From positions 1 to 31,736 of IMG/VR virus record IMGVR_UViG_3300020045_004363: DNA of 31,736 bases; one strand, given 5' to 3'. Source of the DNA: a virus. Its lineage: Duplodnaviria; Caudoviricetes. Below, piece by piece: positions 6,857 to 15,179 of this stretch. Under the pieces are notes generated by a model that ran no database searches, had not been told where the DNA came from, and worked only from the letters and a program-made list of their open reading frames with translations. Within the stretch, counting starts at the first letter, position 1. Each line of letters begins with the position of its first letter. The translations under genes were made by a program, and so were the position numbers.

Positions 6857-8987
6857 ATCTATCTTGTGTGGGATTCATTAATGGTGGTGTTTTATATACC
6901 CTGCTTCCATGCTTATAAATAGGCTCTCCACACAGTTTAGAAAGCGCAGCAGCGCATGATGATCTATCTTTTGCACTAGGTCTTTGTATACCACATATCA
7001 TCATTATATCTGTAGATGTTCTTTCAATCCATAATTCTTTACGCGCATCAAAATCAAACCGTTTAATGATTAATTCTTCAACAACACTGATTGTTGTATA
7101 TCCTAAATTATGGGTATTTAATACTTTAATTTCGTCGCGGGTCATTAAATATGGAGTACCAGACTGCCATAAATTAAATGCTTCTGCCCATACTTGTTGC
7201 ATATTTATACCATGTTTGCCATTTAATCCTGTACCGCACTCGATCATCCAAAAACGTGTATTTCCTGTTTCATCATGTAAAACTTCTCTCTGATTTACCG
7301 TAGCCATAAAAATAGTTCGACGAGGATATTTGCTGTCTGTTTCTGCGTATGGTTTTCGTAATTGATCGAAGTCTTTGCTTAAAAAAGCTTTAAGCGCACC
7401 CATTTCAGCACGCTTGAAGATACTTTCTAGTTCTCCCAATTCACAAATTGCATAACTAACTGCTTGCATAACAGAATCTTTGTCTGATGGATTTAAGCTG
7501 CATGACTCTTTTCCAAACTCTTTAGAGCCATTTATTAAAGACCAAAACCACGTTGTTTTACCTAGATATTGTGAGCCTTGCAATACTAAAACTGGTGCGC
7601 GGGATACTCCGTTATGATTGAAGTTTGCTTCGATACCGGCAATCAACCATTTTTTAAGCATTAATAATCCAAATTCTTCATTTTCTTGACAATCTAATGT
7701 ATTAAATAATTCTTCTATTCTGCTAATACCATCCCATTCTTTAATTTTAATCCAGTCAGCAAACGGGTTATAAGCGAAAGCATCTGCAATCGCTATTAAG
7801 TATTGCTTAACGCGCCCTTCGGCTAATCCATGCCGTACAGCAAGTGATGATATTTCAGCAAGCGCACAATTCGCGTGATTATCAATTAACCATTGTCTTC
7901 CCGGAATAGAAACCTCAATATCTTTCTTAACAACATTGTAACGAATACTAATATTGTAAGCCCTAAGCAATATAGCTGTATTTTGAATCGTCGAAAGAGG
8001 TTTACCTTTATCTCCTGTATGCGCCCATTCAATAAAACCTACGTTTGAATCAATAGACTGATTAGGAGCTATACCCAATACTGAATCGGCAGGTATTATT
8101 TCTTTTTCCCTATGCTGGTATTCAGGTGTTTCTTTAACTAGCTTTATAAATTGCTCTTTTGTTCCTCCATTTTCAAGCCAGTTTGAAACATCTTTAACTT
8201 TTATGTTTCCGTTTTGAGGCATCTTAATTATTTTAACTAGCAGTGCTTTATCTTGGAGAATTTCAGCTTTTTTAATAGCTCCCTCTTCTCCGGCATCATC
8301 GTTGTCTTTGATTATATAAACTTTCCGACCTTCAAAGTATTTTAAATATTCTTTTTTCCATGCACCTGCACCGCCAGAAAACGTAGTAGTGATAAATCCT
8401 AAAACACCCAAGTTATCAGCGTCTTTCTCTCCCTCACATAAACAAATGCCTTCTTTTAATCTGTTTTTATCTACTAATCCGCTTGTAATACGATAAGGGT
8501 AAAATGTTTTTAGGCTGTCAATAAAAACGGAGTTTTCAACTGCTTTTTTAGGCTTACTCCAATCTCCCATAACATTTTTAACATACATTCCTTCGCCTAA
8601 ACCCCATATCCAGCTACCATCTTCATGTGGTCGCTTTTGGATGAATCTCGGTTTTGAATTAGTCCGGCAGACAACATAAGCGATATTGCTATGCTCGTCG
8701 GTGTATAGATATTCTTTGATTATTTTGAATTTTTCTTCTGATTGTGTTGGTTTGTATTCAGGCCATGCGCCCATTGATTTTAGGGCATTTATAACATCGT
8801 TTTGCTTACAACCAGCGAAGCATTTAACGAGTATTTTATCGTTATCTCCATTGTTTATTGAAAGGGCAGGAGTATCAGTATTATCATGTGCAGGGCAACA
8901 CGCTAACCAGCCCGTGCCTGAGCGAGATGACTTTAATAGCTTAGACGCAACATCCTCGGCCGAATATATGCCGTTAGTAATTTCCAT
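6828..8987 (-). CDS. Primase-helicase: Zn finger + TOPRIM + VirE/VapE-type P-loop ATPase
   Basis: CCPAHDN...KCFAGC; CEGEKDAD and DNDDAG (TOPRIM); LQGSQYLGKTT (Walker A); DETGNTRF (VirE). Confidence 0.92.
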   Translation of the reverse strand: MEITNGIYSAEDVASKLLKSSRSGTGWLACCPAHDNTDTPALSINNGDNDKILVKCFAGCKQNDVINALKSMGAWPEYKPTQSEEKFKIIKEYLYTDEHSNIAYVVCRTNSKPRFIQKRPHEDGSWIWGLGEGMYVKNVMGDWSKPKKAVENSVFIDSLKTFYPYRITSGLVDKNRLKEGICLCEGEKDADNLGVLGFITTTFSGGAGAWKKEYLKYFEGRKVYIIKDNDDAGEEGAIKKAEILQDKALLVKIIKMPQNGNIKVKDVSNWLENGGTKEQFIKLVKETPEYQHREKEIIPADSVLGIAPNQSIDSNVGFIEWAHTGDKGKPLSTIQNTAILLRAYNISIRYNVVKKDIEVSIPGRQWLIDNHANCALAEISSLAVRHGLAEGRVKQYLIAIADAFAYNPFADWIKIKEWDGISRIEELFNTLDCQENEEFGLLMLKKWLIAGIEANFNHNGVSRAPVLVLQGSQYLGKTTWFWSLINGSKEFGKESCSLNPSDKDSVMQAVSYAICELGELESIFKRAEMGALKAFLSKDFDQLRKPYAETDSKYPRRTIFMATVNQREVLHDETGNTRFWMIECGTGLNGKHGINMQQVWAEAFNLWQSGTPYLMTRDEIKVLNTHNLGYTTISVVEELIIKRFDFDARKELWIERTSTDIMMICGIQRPSAKDRSSCAAALSKLCGEPIYKHGSRVYKTPPLMNPTQDRFTHWDDVES

Positions 8988-8997
8988 AGGATAATTA

Positions 8998-9180
8998 CTA
9001 CTTGTCTTGTTTTAATTTTAATTCAAGCAATTCTAAAAGCGGGTCTGGGATTTGTTGCACTACTCTCTTTGCGGTCCATTGATAAACAGTACCTAAGCTT
9101 CTGTTTAAAATAAGCGCGATATCTTCGGGAGTTTTATCATACTGAATCATTAGGAGTTTGAGTTTGTTAGAGTTTTCCAT
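8998..9180 (-). CDS. Small HTH DNA-binding protein
   Basis: PEDIALILNRSLGTVYQW...IPDPLLELL. Confidence 0.75.
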   Translation of the reverse strand: MENSNKLKLLMIQYDKTPEDIALILNRSLGTVYQWTAKRVVQQIPDPLLELLELKLKQDK

Positions 9181-9203
9181 TTTATTGTCCTTTACAAAAC
9201 AAT

Positions 9204-9495
9204 TTAAAGGAGTCGTACTATCCTAGGGTTTGGTTATTCGGAAATAACATATTAAAAATACTATTGTTATCCCAGTCGGTCATGCGAGCGTTATATGTTA
9301 GCTGTTCTAGTAGTCTGAATTAATTCCTAACATTTGCCTTGGATTTGAACCAAGGACAAACTGATTAAAAGTCAGTTGCTCTACCAATTGAGCTATCAAT
9401 TAGTGGTTTACCACCATCGCAACGATATCTCGAAATATCTATCTTTTAAGGCAAGATGCAAGCCTTTCCCTAACGCAATAATACGACTCGTTTAA
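9204..9495 (-). ncRNA. Putative ~290-nt structured RNA closed by a long terminal helix, containing a tRNA-like domain
   Basis: The 5' arm UUAAACGAGUCGUAUUAUUGCGUUAGGG pairs with the 3' arm CCCUAGGAUAGUACGACUCCUUUAA (three G-U pairs on the - strand, one C-C, one 3-nt bulge). Several internal hairpins; no ORF in the track. Confidence 0.7.
9330..9402 (-). tRNA. tRNA-Lys(UUU)-like sequence with a defective acceptor stem (pseudo-tRNA)
   Basis: TA-GCTC-AATTGGTA-GAGC-A-ACTGA-CTTTTAA-TCAGT-TTGTC-CTTGG-TTCAAAT-CCAAG. Anticodon at 9367-9369. Acceptor TAATTGA/GCAAATG has A:G and A:A mismatches; no CCA. Confidence 0.8.
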
Positions 9496-9499
9496 CTTA

Positions 9500-9805
9500 T
9501 TAAGATTTAGATGCTGTATAGTCACCCATATTTGCATCTGTTAATTCTACTTCACAAGTCCAGTTAGCTTGCTGAATTGCAGCATCAACTAAACGTAATT
9601 GCCTAGCATAAAAATCAAATTCAGCAGTTACTTGGCTTGCAGTTAATTTAGGTACTTGAGCAACAATATCATCAAGGCTATCGCTTACCGCTTTACGTTG
9701 CGCTCGTAATTCAAATAAATCACGATCTTTTATATGTTGAAGAACATCAACTTTACCTTGCAATTCTTTGCGTCTTAATAATGCTTCAGCTAATTTTACT
9801 TTCAT
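9500..9805 (-). CDS. DIP1984-like (septicolysin-annotated) family protein
   Basis: N-terminal KLAEALLRRKELQ and C-terminal LVDAAIQQANWTCEV signature; shorter than typical members. Confidence 0.75.
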   Translation of the reverse strand: MKVKLAEALLRRKELQGKVDVLQHIKDRDLFELRAQRKAVSDSLDDIVAQVPKLTASQVTAEFDFYARQLRLVDAAIQQANWTCEVELTDANMGDYTASKS

Positions 9806-9847
9806 AATTAATTACCTTTTATTTGTTAATCCCGAATTGGGCAATAC

Positions 9848-9876
9848 ATACTATTACTAATCTTTCATACTTTCAA
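9848..9876 (-). promoter_or_regulatory. Sigma70-like promoter for the DIP1984-like/RNA cassette
   Basis: TTGAAA (9876-9871), 17-bp spacer, TAGTAT (9853-9848). Confidence 0.55.
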
Positions 9877-10216
9877 CATAATTTTGAATAATTTGTAAAC
9901 TTTCTTTATCAGAACGTGCGATTCCAGATATACCACCATTATTTTTAACCATTTCAATGAAGGATGACTGCTCTTTAGTCGGCTTTCCTTTGTCTGATTT
10001 AACTTCGATTGCTGTAAATACTCCAACAGTTTTACCAACCATTTTGTTAGTGACCACTATCGGTGTACACCCAATAATATCGCTACTTCCTGTACATAAA
10101 CCATAGTGAACATAGGTTCCGTTTTTGTCCTGTAATACACCTGAATTGTTTCTGAAGTAGCGACCAAACTTTGTTAGGGTTAGTAGGCATTTTCGCATGA
10201 TGGTTGTTTCACTCAC
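9857..10216 (-). CDS. VRR-NUC domain nuclease
   Basis: FRNNSG...GSSDIIG...AIEVKSDKGKPTKEQ...GGISGIARS. Confidence 0.9.
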   Translation of the reverse strand: MSETTIMRKCLLTLTKFGRYFRNNSGVLQDKNGTYVHYGLCTGSSDIIGCTPIVVTNKMVGKTVGVFTAIEVKSDKGKPTKEQSSFIEMVKNNGGISGIARSDKESLQIIQNYVESMKD

Positions 10217-11607
10217 TTCCTAACCCTCCTAGCACTATAAACCTTAGCCGCCCATTGTGCCGGGTATTTATAACCGCGTTGTTTACCTAGCTCTATTAAC
10301 TGCTCCAAACTGCCTGCCTGTGCCTGTTCGTGCTTTTGTCTACGCCTTAGAGCCTCTTTATCTATCTGCACAAGCTCGCCTTCTGACTCTATAATTTTCC
10401 TTGCTTTCACTTCATACTCATAATGACAATAAGGGCAAATAGGAGCGAACCTGTGTACTGCAAAGCATCTTTTACAGACTCTTATGTTGATGGTTTCTTC
10501 ACTATCTTCTTTCTTATCTCTGTGCTTACTACCTTCTAATGACCACTCTCTAACATCATCAGGTAATCCGTGCCTTAGGCAGTTACCAGCATGGTCTAAT
10601 ATGATAGCCTTGCTACCATCTGCTTTAGGCCTTAATGCTCTACCAACCTGCTGTAAATGTAATGCTACAGACTTTGTAGGTCGTGCTTGAATAATTGCAT
10701 CTACGGTTACATCGGTATTAGCCTGTGATGATAAATCGTATCCTTCACCAAACAGGTCTACGTTAAAGATAATATCGTACTCGCCGTTAGCAAATGCTTT
10801 AGCCACATCACGGCGATGACTACCTTCAGTGCTTCCATCTAAATGCGTAGCTCTTACACCTGCGTCACAAAACTGCTGAGTTAGAAACTTTGAGTATTCG
10901 ATTGAATGAGCAAAGCCAAGTGTTTTTTTACCTTGAGCATACTTCTTCCAGTGCTTAATAATATCACCTGTAATGCTTGACTTCTTGACAGCAGTATCTA
11001 ATTCTCCTTTATCATAATCTCCCATTCTAATATGCACACCAGTCAAATCGGGTGTATTTGGGCAGTATAGGTCATAGTCGCTTAAATAACCGTTTGCGAT
11101 CAACCATTCTACTGTCGGCCCACAAACCATATAATTGAAGTAGGCATCTAATCCTTTACCATCTAATCGCTGTGGTGTAGCTGATAGTCCAACCCAAAAA
11201 GATTTACCAAAATGTTGTTTAACCTTAGCCCACCCTTTAGCTGCGACGTGATGCGACTCATCAAGGATAACCAAATCTGGAATAATGTGATTTAATCTAT
11301 TTTGTAGTGTCTGCATTGAGCATATCTGAATAGGGCATCTAGCGTCGTAAGAGTATCCTGACGCTATGAAAGAGAAATAATTGATACAAACTTTAGTGAA
11401 TGTTTTAGCGGTTTGGTCTAATAATTCAGCACGGTGACAAATAAAGTAAACTATCTTACCTTTGCTTGCTGCGTTTAGAATCATGTAAGCGGCTAAAGCA
11501 GTCTTTCCTGCACCCGTAGGAGCCTGACACAAAACAGAACGGTTTTTTTTTAACGCAGTGCGTATGTCTGTTATCAGTTGTTTTTGGTATGGTCTGAGTT
11601 GTATCAC
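10213..11607 (-). CDS. Superfamily 2 DEAD/DEAH-like helicase
   Basis: LRPYQ, APTGAGKT, DESHH, SATP and QQVGRALR motifs; C-terminal Zn finger. Confidence 0.95.
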   Translation of the reverse strand: MIQLRPYQKQLITDIRTALKKNRSVLCQAPTGAGKTALAAYMILNAASKGKIVYFICHRAELLDQTAKTFTKVCINYFSFIASGYSYDARCPIQICSMQTLQNRLNHIIPDLVILDESHHVAAKGWAKVKQHFGKSFWVGLSATPQRLDGKGLDAYFNYMVCGPTVEWLIANGYLSDYDLYCPNTPDLTGVHIRMGDYDKGELDTAVKKSSITGDIIKHWKKYAQGKKTLGFAHSIEYSKFLTQQFCDAGVRATHLDGSTEGSHRRDVAKAFANGEYDIIFNVDLFGEGYDLSSQANTDVTVDAIIQARPTKSVALHLQQVGRALRPKADGSKAIILDHAGNCLRHGLPDDVREWSLEGSKHRDKKEDSEETINIRVCKRCFAVHRFAPICPYCHYEYEVKARKIIESEGELVQIDKEALRRRQKHEQAQAGSLEQLIELGKQRGYKYPAQWAAKVYSARRVRK

Positions 11608-11819
11608 GCCCCGTTATAACCTTCTATTTGATCCCCAATTAGAACATTTACTATGTTATTGGGTGATATTCTACAGTTCATACAGTTATCTACACCATAT
11701 TCATTTGTAGCGTAATAAGTCATTACCCTGCATTTTTTATTTTTGTTATCCTCACATACTGGGCATAATTTTCTTTCAGTATTAAAAATTATGTAGCGAC
11801 CTATATAAGTGCCCATCAT
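11604..11819 (-). CDS. Hypothetical zinc-binding protein
   Basis: Two CxxC pairs; coupled overlaps with neighbours. Confidence 0.55.
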   Translation of the reverse strand: MMGTYIGRYIIFNTERKLCPVCEDNKNKKCRVMTYYATNEYGVDNCMNCRISPNNIVNVLIGDQIEGYNGA

Positions 11820-11968
11820 TTCATCCTCTTAAACGCATTAACAACATGAGTTTTAACTAATCCTTTGAGATTATCCGGCACTCTTTTTAACGCTTCGGTG
11901 CGCTCTTGTTTTGTTTTTAATTGTAATATTTCTTTAGCGTAGTTTCTGGGAGGTTTATTTGTGGTCAT
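11816..11968 (-). CDS. Small phage protein (50 aa, MTTNKPPRNYAKEILQLKTKQERTEALKRVPDNLKGLVKTHV...)
   Basis: Translated by hand; ATGA overlap with the downstream gene. Confidence 0.65.
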   Translation of the reverse strand: MTTNKPPRNYAKEILQLKTKQERTEALKRVPDNLKGLVKTHVVNAFKRMK

Positions 11969-12032
11969 TATAAAGAATACCCATAATTATTATTAGCGCA
12001 ATAAGAATCATAAGATTTATATTAGCATCCAT
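11955..12032 (-). CDS. Small membrane peptide (25 aa)
   Basis: TAATG coupling to the cro-like gene; MDANINLMILIALIIIMGILYNDHK. Confidence 0.45.
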   Translation of the reverse strand: MDANINLMILIALIIIMGILYNDHK

Positions 12033-12241
12033 TACTGACGCCCAAAAATCAAATCCCTAGCAGAAATATGAACTCCCATCTTTTCAGCTAATTTTAGTAT
12101 TTTTTGCTGTGCTGGTTGAGGTATTTGTCCACCTCTACGCATCCATTGATGCCAAATAGTACGGTTATAATCAAGAGCATCTGCAAACTCTGGCGGTGTC
12201 ATATCAAACTTATCTAAAACTACTTCTGCGGGTGTCATCAT
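12032..12241 (-). CDS. Cro-like HTH regulator
   Basis: FADALDYNRTIWHQW.RRGGQIP...ISARDLI; AGGAG RBS; first gene of the leftward operon. Confidence 0.8.
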   Translation of the reverse strand: MMTPAEVVLDKFDMTPPEFADALDYNRTIWHQWMRRGGQIPQPAQQKILKLAEKMGVHISARDLIFGRQ

Positions 12242-12266
12242 AAGGTAATCTCCTAACTAATAGCTC

Positions 12267-12295
12267 ATTGTAATCTAAAATAATACCGATGACAA
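12267..12295 (-). promoter_or_regulatory. Leftward sigma70 promoter
   Basis: TTGTCA-17 bp-TACAAT. Confidence 0.75.
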
Positions 12296-12306
12296 GATAA
12301 ACACAG

Positions 12307-12335
12307 TTGACAAGAATACAACATAGGATTAAGAT
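12307..12335 (+). promoter_or_regulatory. Rightward sigma70 promoter
   Basis: TTGACA-17 bp-TAAGAT. Confidence 0.8.
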
Positions 12336-12359
12336 GACATAAATACTACAGGAGGATAT

Positions 12360-13355
12360 ATGCCTAAATTCATCGAATATACCAGCGAAGCGGAATGGCT
12401 AGAGTTAAGAAGCCAAGATATTAGCAGCACTGAGTCTGCTGCATTATTTGACCTTAGCCCGTATGTAACCAAGTTTGAGTTGTATCACAATAAACAAGGT
12501 CAAGCTAAGTCTTTTGAGCCTAGTGAGCGTATGCGTTGGGGTAATCGCCTTGAGTCAGCTATTGCTCATGGCGTTGCTGAAGATTATGGACTTACTGTTG
12601 AGCCGTTTAAGGTATATTGCCGACATAGTGATACATTGAGAATGGGTAGTAGTTTTGATTTTATGATAACAGGTATAGCTCAGTATGATATGGATAGCAA
12701 TAATAACCCAATGCCAAATAAATATCAGCAAGCGTTTTTAGATCACGGAACAGGTATTCTTGAAATCAAAAACGTAGATAGCTTGGTCTATCGCAATAAC
12801 TGGACTGAAGAAGAAGCACCTGACCATATCGAGGTACAAGTACAGCATCAAATGGAAGTCGCCGGAATGACCTGGACTATGATATGCCCGTTAGTAGGTG
12901 GTAATGAAGCAAAGCCTATTTTACGACAATATGACCCAGATATAGGCAAGGCATTATGTGAAGCGGTTACGGTATTTTGGGCTGACGTAGAAGCAGGTAA
13001 AGAGCCACAACCTAACTTTGCGCGTGATGCTGAGTTTGTAATTGCCTTACATCAAAACGCAGGTGGTGACACTTTAGATGTATCAGGTAATGAGCATATC
13101 ATTAGCTTACTGAAAGAGTATGACCTACAAGGTAAAATCGAGAAGGAAGTAGACGCAAGACGCAAGGCTATTAAAGCAGAGGTATTAGACTTAGTAGGCG
13201 ATGCTTCAAAATTAATAGCACCCGGCATTAGTCTAGCACTTAGTATGACAGCAGAAAGCCCACCAACAGTTATAACACCTGAGATGGTTGGTCAAACTTA
13301 TGGTGGTCGTAAAGGGTTTAGAAACTTTAGATTGACAATAAAGGAGGGTAAATGA
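12360..13355 (+). CDS. YqaJ-like viral recombinase / lambda-type exonuclease
   Basis: WLELRSQDISSTE, MRWGNRLE, SSFD, LEIKN and QVQHQMEV motifs. Confidence 0.92.
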   Translation: MPKFIEYTSEAEWLELRSQDISSTESAALFDLSPYVTKFELYHNKQGQAKSFEPSERMRWGNRLESAIAHGVAEDYGLTVEPFKVYCRHSDTLRMGSSFDFMITGIAQYDMDSNNNPMPNKYQQAFLDHGTGILEIKNVDSLVYRNNWTEEEAPDHIEVQVQHQMEVAGMTWTMICPLVGGNEAKPILRQYDPDIGKALCEAVTVFWADVEAGKEPQPNFARDAEFVIALHQNAGGDTLDVSGNEHIISLLKEYDLQGKIEKEVDARRKAIKAEVLDLVGDASKLIAPGISLALSMTAESPPTVITPEMVGQTYGGRKGFRNFRLTIKEGK

Positions 13356-13630
13356 AACTAATAATGAGAAAATCAGTTGGTATTGATTATTGTAGTACTA
13401 AAGAAGTAGTTGAAATAACAAGGTATGATGTTCTTTTTTTTAATAAACAGTTCGGTATCGATTATTTAGAAAACACAACTAAAGGTTTAAATGAGGTGAA
13501 AGATGCAGCTATGAAATTGCTTAGTATGATAATTTCAGAATCAAACAATCAAACAATAAATTTGCAGATAGGATGTAATAAGTTATTGGAACAATCTTTT
13601 GTAGAGTATGAAATTAAGGAGGATAAATAA
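13352..13630 (+). CDS. Hypothetical protein
   Basis: ORF track; a GGAGG RBS suggests the start is at 13353. Confidence 0.55.
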   Translation: MKLIMRKSVGIDYCSTKEVVEITRYDVLFFNKQFGIDYLENTTKGLNEVKDAAMKLLSMIISESNNQTINLQIGCNKLLEQSFVEYEIKEDK

Positions 13631-13910
13631 TATGTGGGTAAATAAAGATACTTGGAATAGTACACTAGAGCGTATTGTGGCATTAGAGAAAGCTGTAGTC
13701 ACTCTACAAAAAGACAATTTAATAACAGAATATAGGAGTAATAGCCAATTATTACCAGGGACTTCATTTTATAGGGATAATAGTAAATACCATAGTGTAA
13801 AAGATGTTTTAGAGAAGGTGCTAACACATCTAGGTCTTAAAATTGAAACAAAAGAAGCAACCGAATATGTACATCTGGTTGAAACCCCTCTTGCCGTCCA
13901 AAAGGGGTAA
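13608..13910 (+). CDS. Hypothetical protein
   Basis: An AGGAGG RBS favours ATG 13632. Confidence 0.6.
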   Translation: MKLRRINNMWVNKDTWNSTLERIVALEKAVVTLQKDNLITEYRSNSQLLPGTSFYRDNSKYHSVKDVLEKVLTHLGLKIETKEATEYVHLVETPLAVQKG

Positions 13911-13913
13911 ATA

Positions 13914-14081
13914 ATGTATATCCTAATAATGCAAGTCGAAAACGGTTATGTCATAACCATGAATGAAGGTGTTAATAAAATGCACGTTGCTAAAACAATA
14001 GAAGAAGCAGAGTCAATAGTGCATGAATTATTAAAAGGTCAAACTAACGTAACGCCGTTTCCGGCAAGGATAATACAATGA
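13914..14081 (+). CDS. Hypothetical protein (55 aa)
   Basis: Translated by hand as MYILIMQVENGYVIT...; ATGA overlap with recT. Confidence 0.55.
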   Translation: MYILIMQVENGYVITMNEGVNKMHVAKTIEEAESIVHELLKGQTNVTPFPARIIQ

Positions 14082-14941
14082 GCCAACAAGTATCAGTTAT
14101 AAAAGAGATATGCCAAACTATTGACAAAATGGATAGTCAGTTAAAGCAAGCGTTACCGCCCAACATGGATGTTAGTCGGTTTATAAGCACTACCAAAAAC
14201 GGTATACAAACGCATCCACAAGCAGATAAATTAGCTCAGGCTGATAGACGCACACTGTTTGCGTCATGCGTTAAGGCGGCATCTGATGGGCTTGTATTAG
14301 ATGGTAGAGAAGCAGCATTGGTTGTATTTGCTAACAATGTTACTTATATGCCTATGACACAAGGGCTTGTTAAATTAGCTCGCAATAGTGGTGAGATTGC
14401 TAACATTACGGCTGAGGTTATCTACAAGAATGACAAGTTCACCTATCGCTTAGGTATGGATGAAGTACCTTTACATGAGCCTGATTGGTTCGGTGATAGA
14501 GGCGAGCCTGTAGGTGTATGGGGATTAGTTAAACTTAAAAGCGGTGAGAATATCGTCAGGATATTACCGAAAGACAAGGTAATGAAGATTGCCGGCAAGA
14601 CTAAAAACGCTTCTCAGTATGATCCGAAGTCTGGATTATATTTTGACGAGTTCTGGCGTAAGACCGCTATTAAGAATGTATTGAAATATGCTCCTAAGTC
14701 TACTTATCTTGAGTCTGCTATGAATCACGATAACGAAGCGCAGGGTTTTGATTTCAGTGATAAGGAAGCATCTACACCAGAAGCACCAAAAGGCGAAACT
14801 CGTGCCGCTAGTAAGATTAAAGCGGCTATAGCGAAGCAAGATGAAGCAGAAGAGGCTACTTTTACAGAGATACCTGAAGATACAGTTATGGAGCCATGTC
14901 CTACTATAGCTGAAGATTTACCGTTTGATGATGATATTTAA
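14078..14941 (+). CDS. recT: RecT-family single-strand annealing protein
   Basis: GLVKLARNSGEI, VIYKNDKF and WRKTAIKNVLKYAPKS motifs; lies downstream of the YqaJ exonuclease. Confidence 0.9.
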   Translation: MSQQVSVIKEICQTIDKMDSQLKQALPPNMDVSRFISTTKNGIQTHPQADKLAQADRRTLFASCVKAASDGLVLDGREAALVVFANNVTYMPMTQGLVKLARNSGEIANITAEVIYKNDKFTYRLGMDEVPLHEPDWFGDRGEPVGVWGLVKLKSGENIVRILPKDKVMKIAGKTKNASQYDPKSGLYFDEFWRKTAIKNVLKYAPKSTYLESAMNHDNEAQGFDFSDKEASTPEAPKGETRAASKIKAAIAKQDEAEEATFTEIPEDTVMEPCPTIAEDLPFDDDI

Positions 14942-15103
14942 ACTGTAGGGCGACCACATCATTTCCGTGTGGGTACTGCCGCTAGTCTGGTATCTGAAAA
15001 GGGTAGATGCCTAGAATATATTGCCCTAGTATTAATAGATATATTCAATAGGTCAAATCCGCGTGGTCTTAAAGCGAAAGCGGTAAATCTATCAAAACTA
15101 GCA

Positions 15104-15132
15104 CAAATAAAACGGGGCACTTCCTGTGCCCC
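15104..15132 (-). terminator. Intrinsic terminator of the late (- strand) operon
   Basis: GGGGCAC/GTGCCCC hairpin followed by GTTTTATTTG on the - strand. Confidence 0.7.
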
Positions 15133-15134
15133 TT

Positions 15135-15176
15135 AGTAGTGAAGCGAGGAAAGGATATAAACCTCGCTTTACTATT
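15135..15176 (+). terminator. 15-bp hairpin, probable end of the + strand transcript
   Basis: AGTAGTGAAGCGAGG/CCTCGCTTTACTATT with G-U pairs on the + strand. Confidence 0.55.
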
Positions 15177-15179
15177 CTA

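Noticed and set aside
9330-9402. attP/att remnant of a tRNA integration site
   Set aside because: att cores keep the tRNA 3' end, which is the part degenerate here. There is no adjacent integrase and phage genes continue on both sides.
9204-9495. Retron msr-msd (terminal inverted repeats resemble a1/a2)
   Set aside because: No reverse transcriptase in the window, and the interior is tRNA-like rather than a long msd hairpin.
14942-15100. Hammerhead or pistol ribozyme, or tRNA
   Set aside because: I could not place the conserved catalytic cores or a T-loop; kept only as an unclassified structure.
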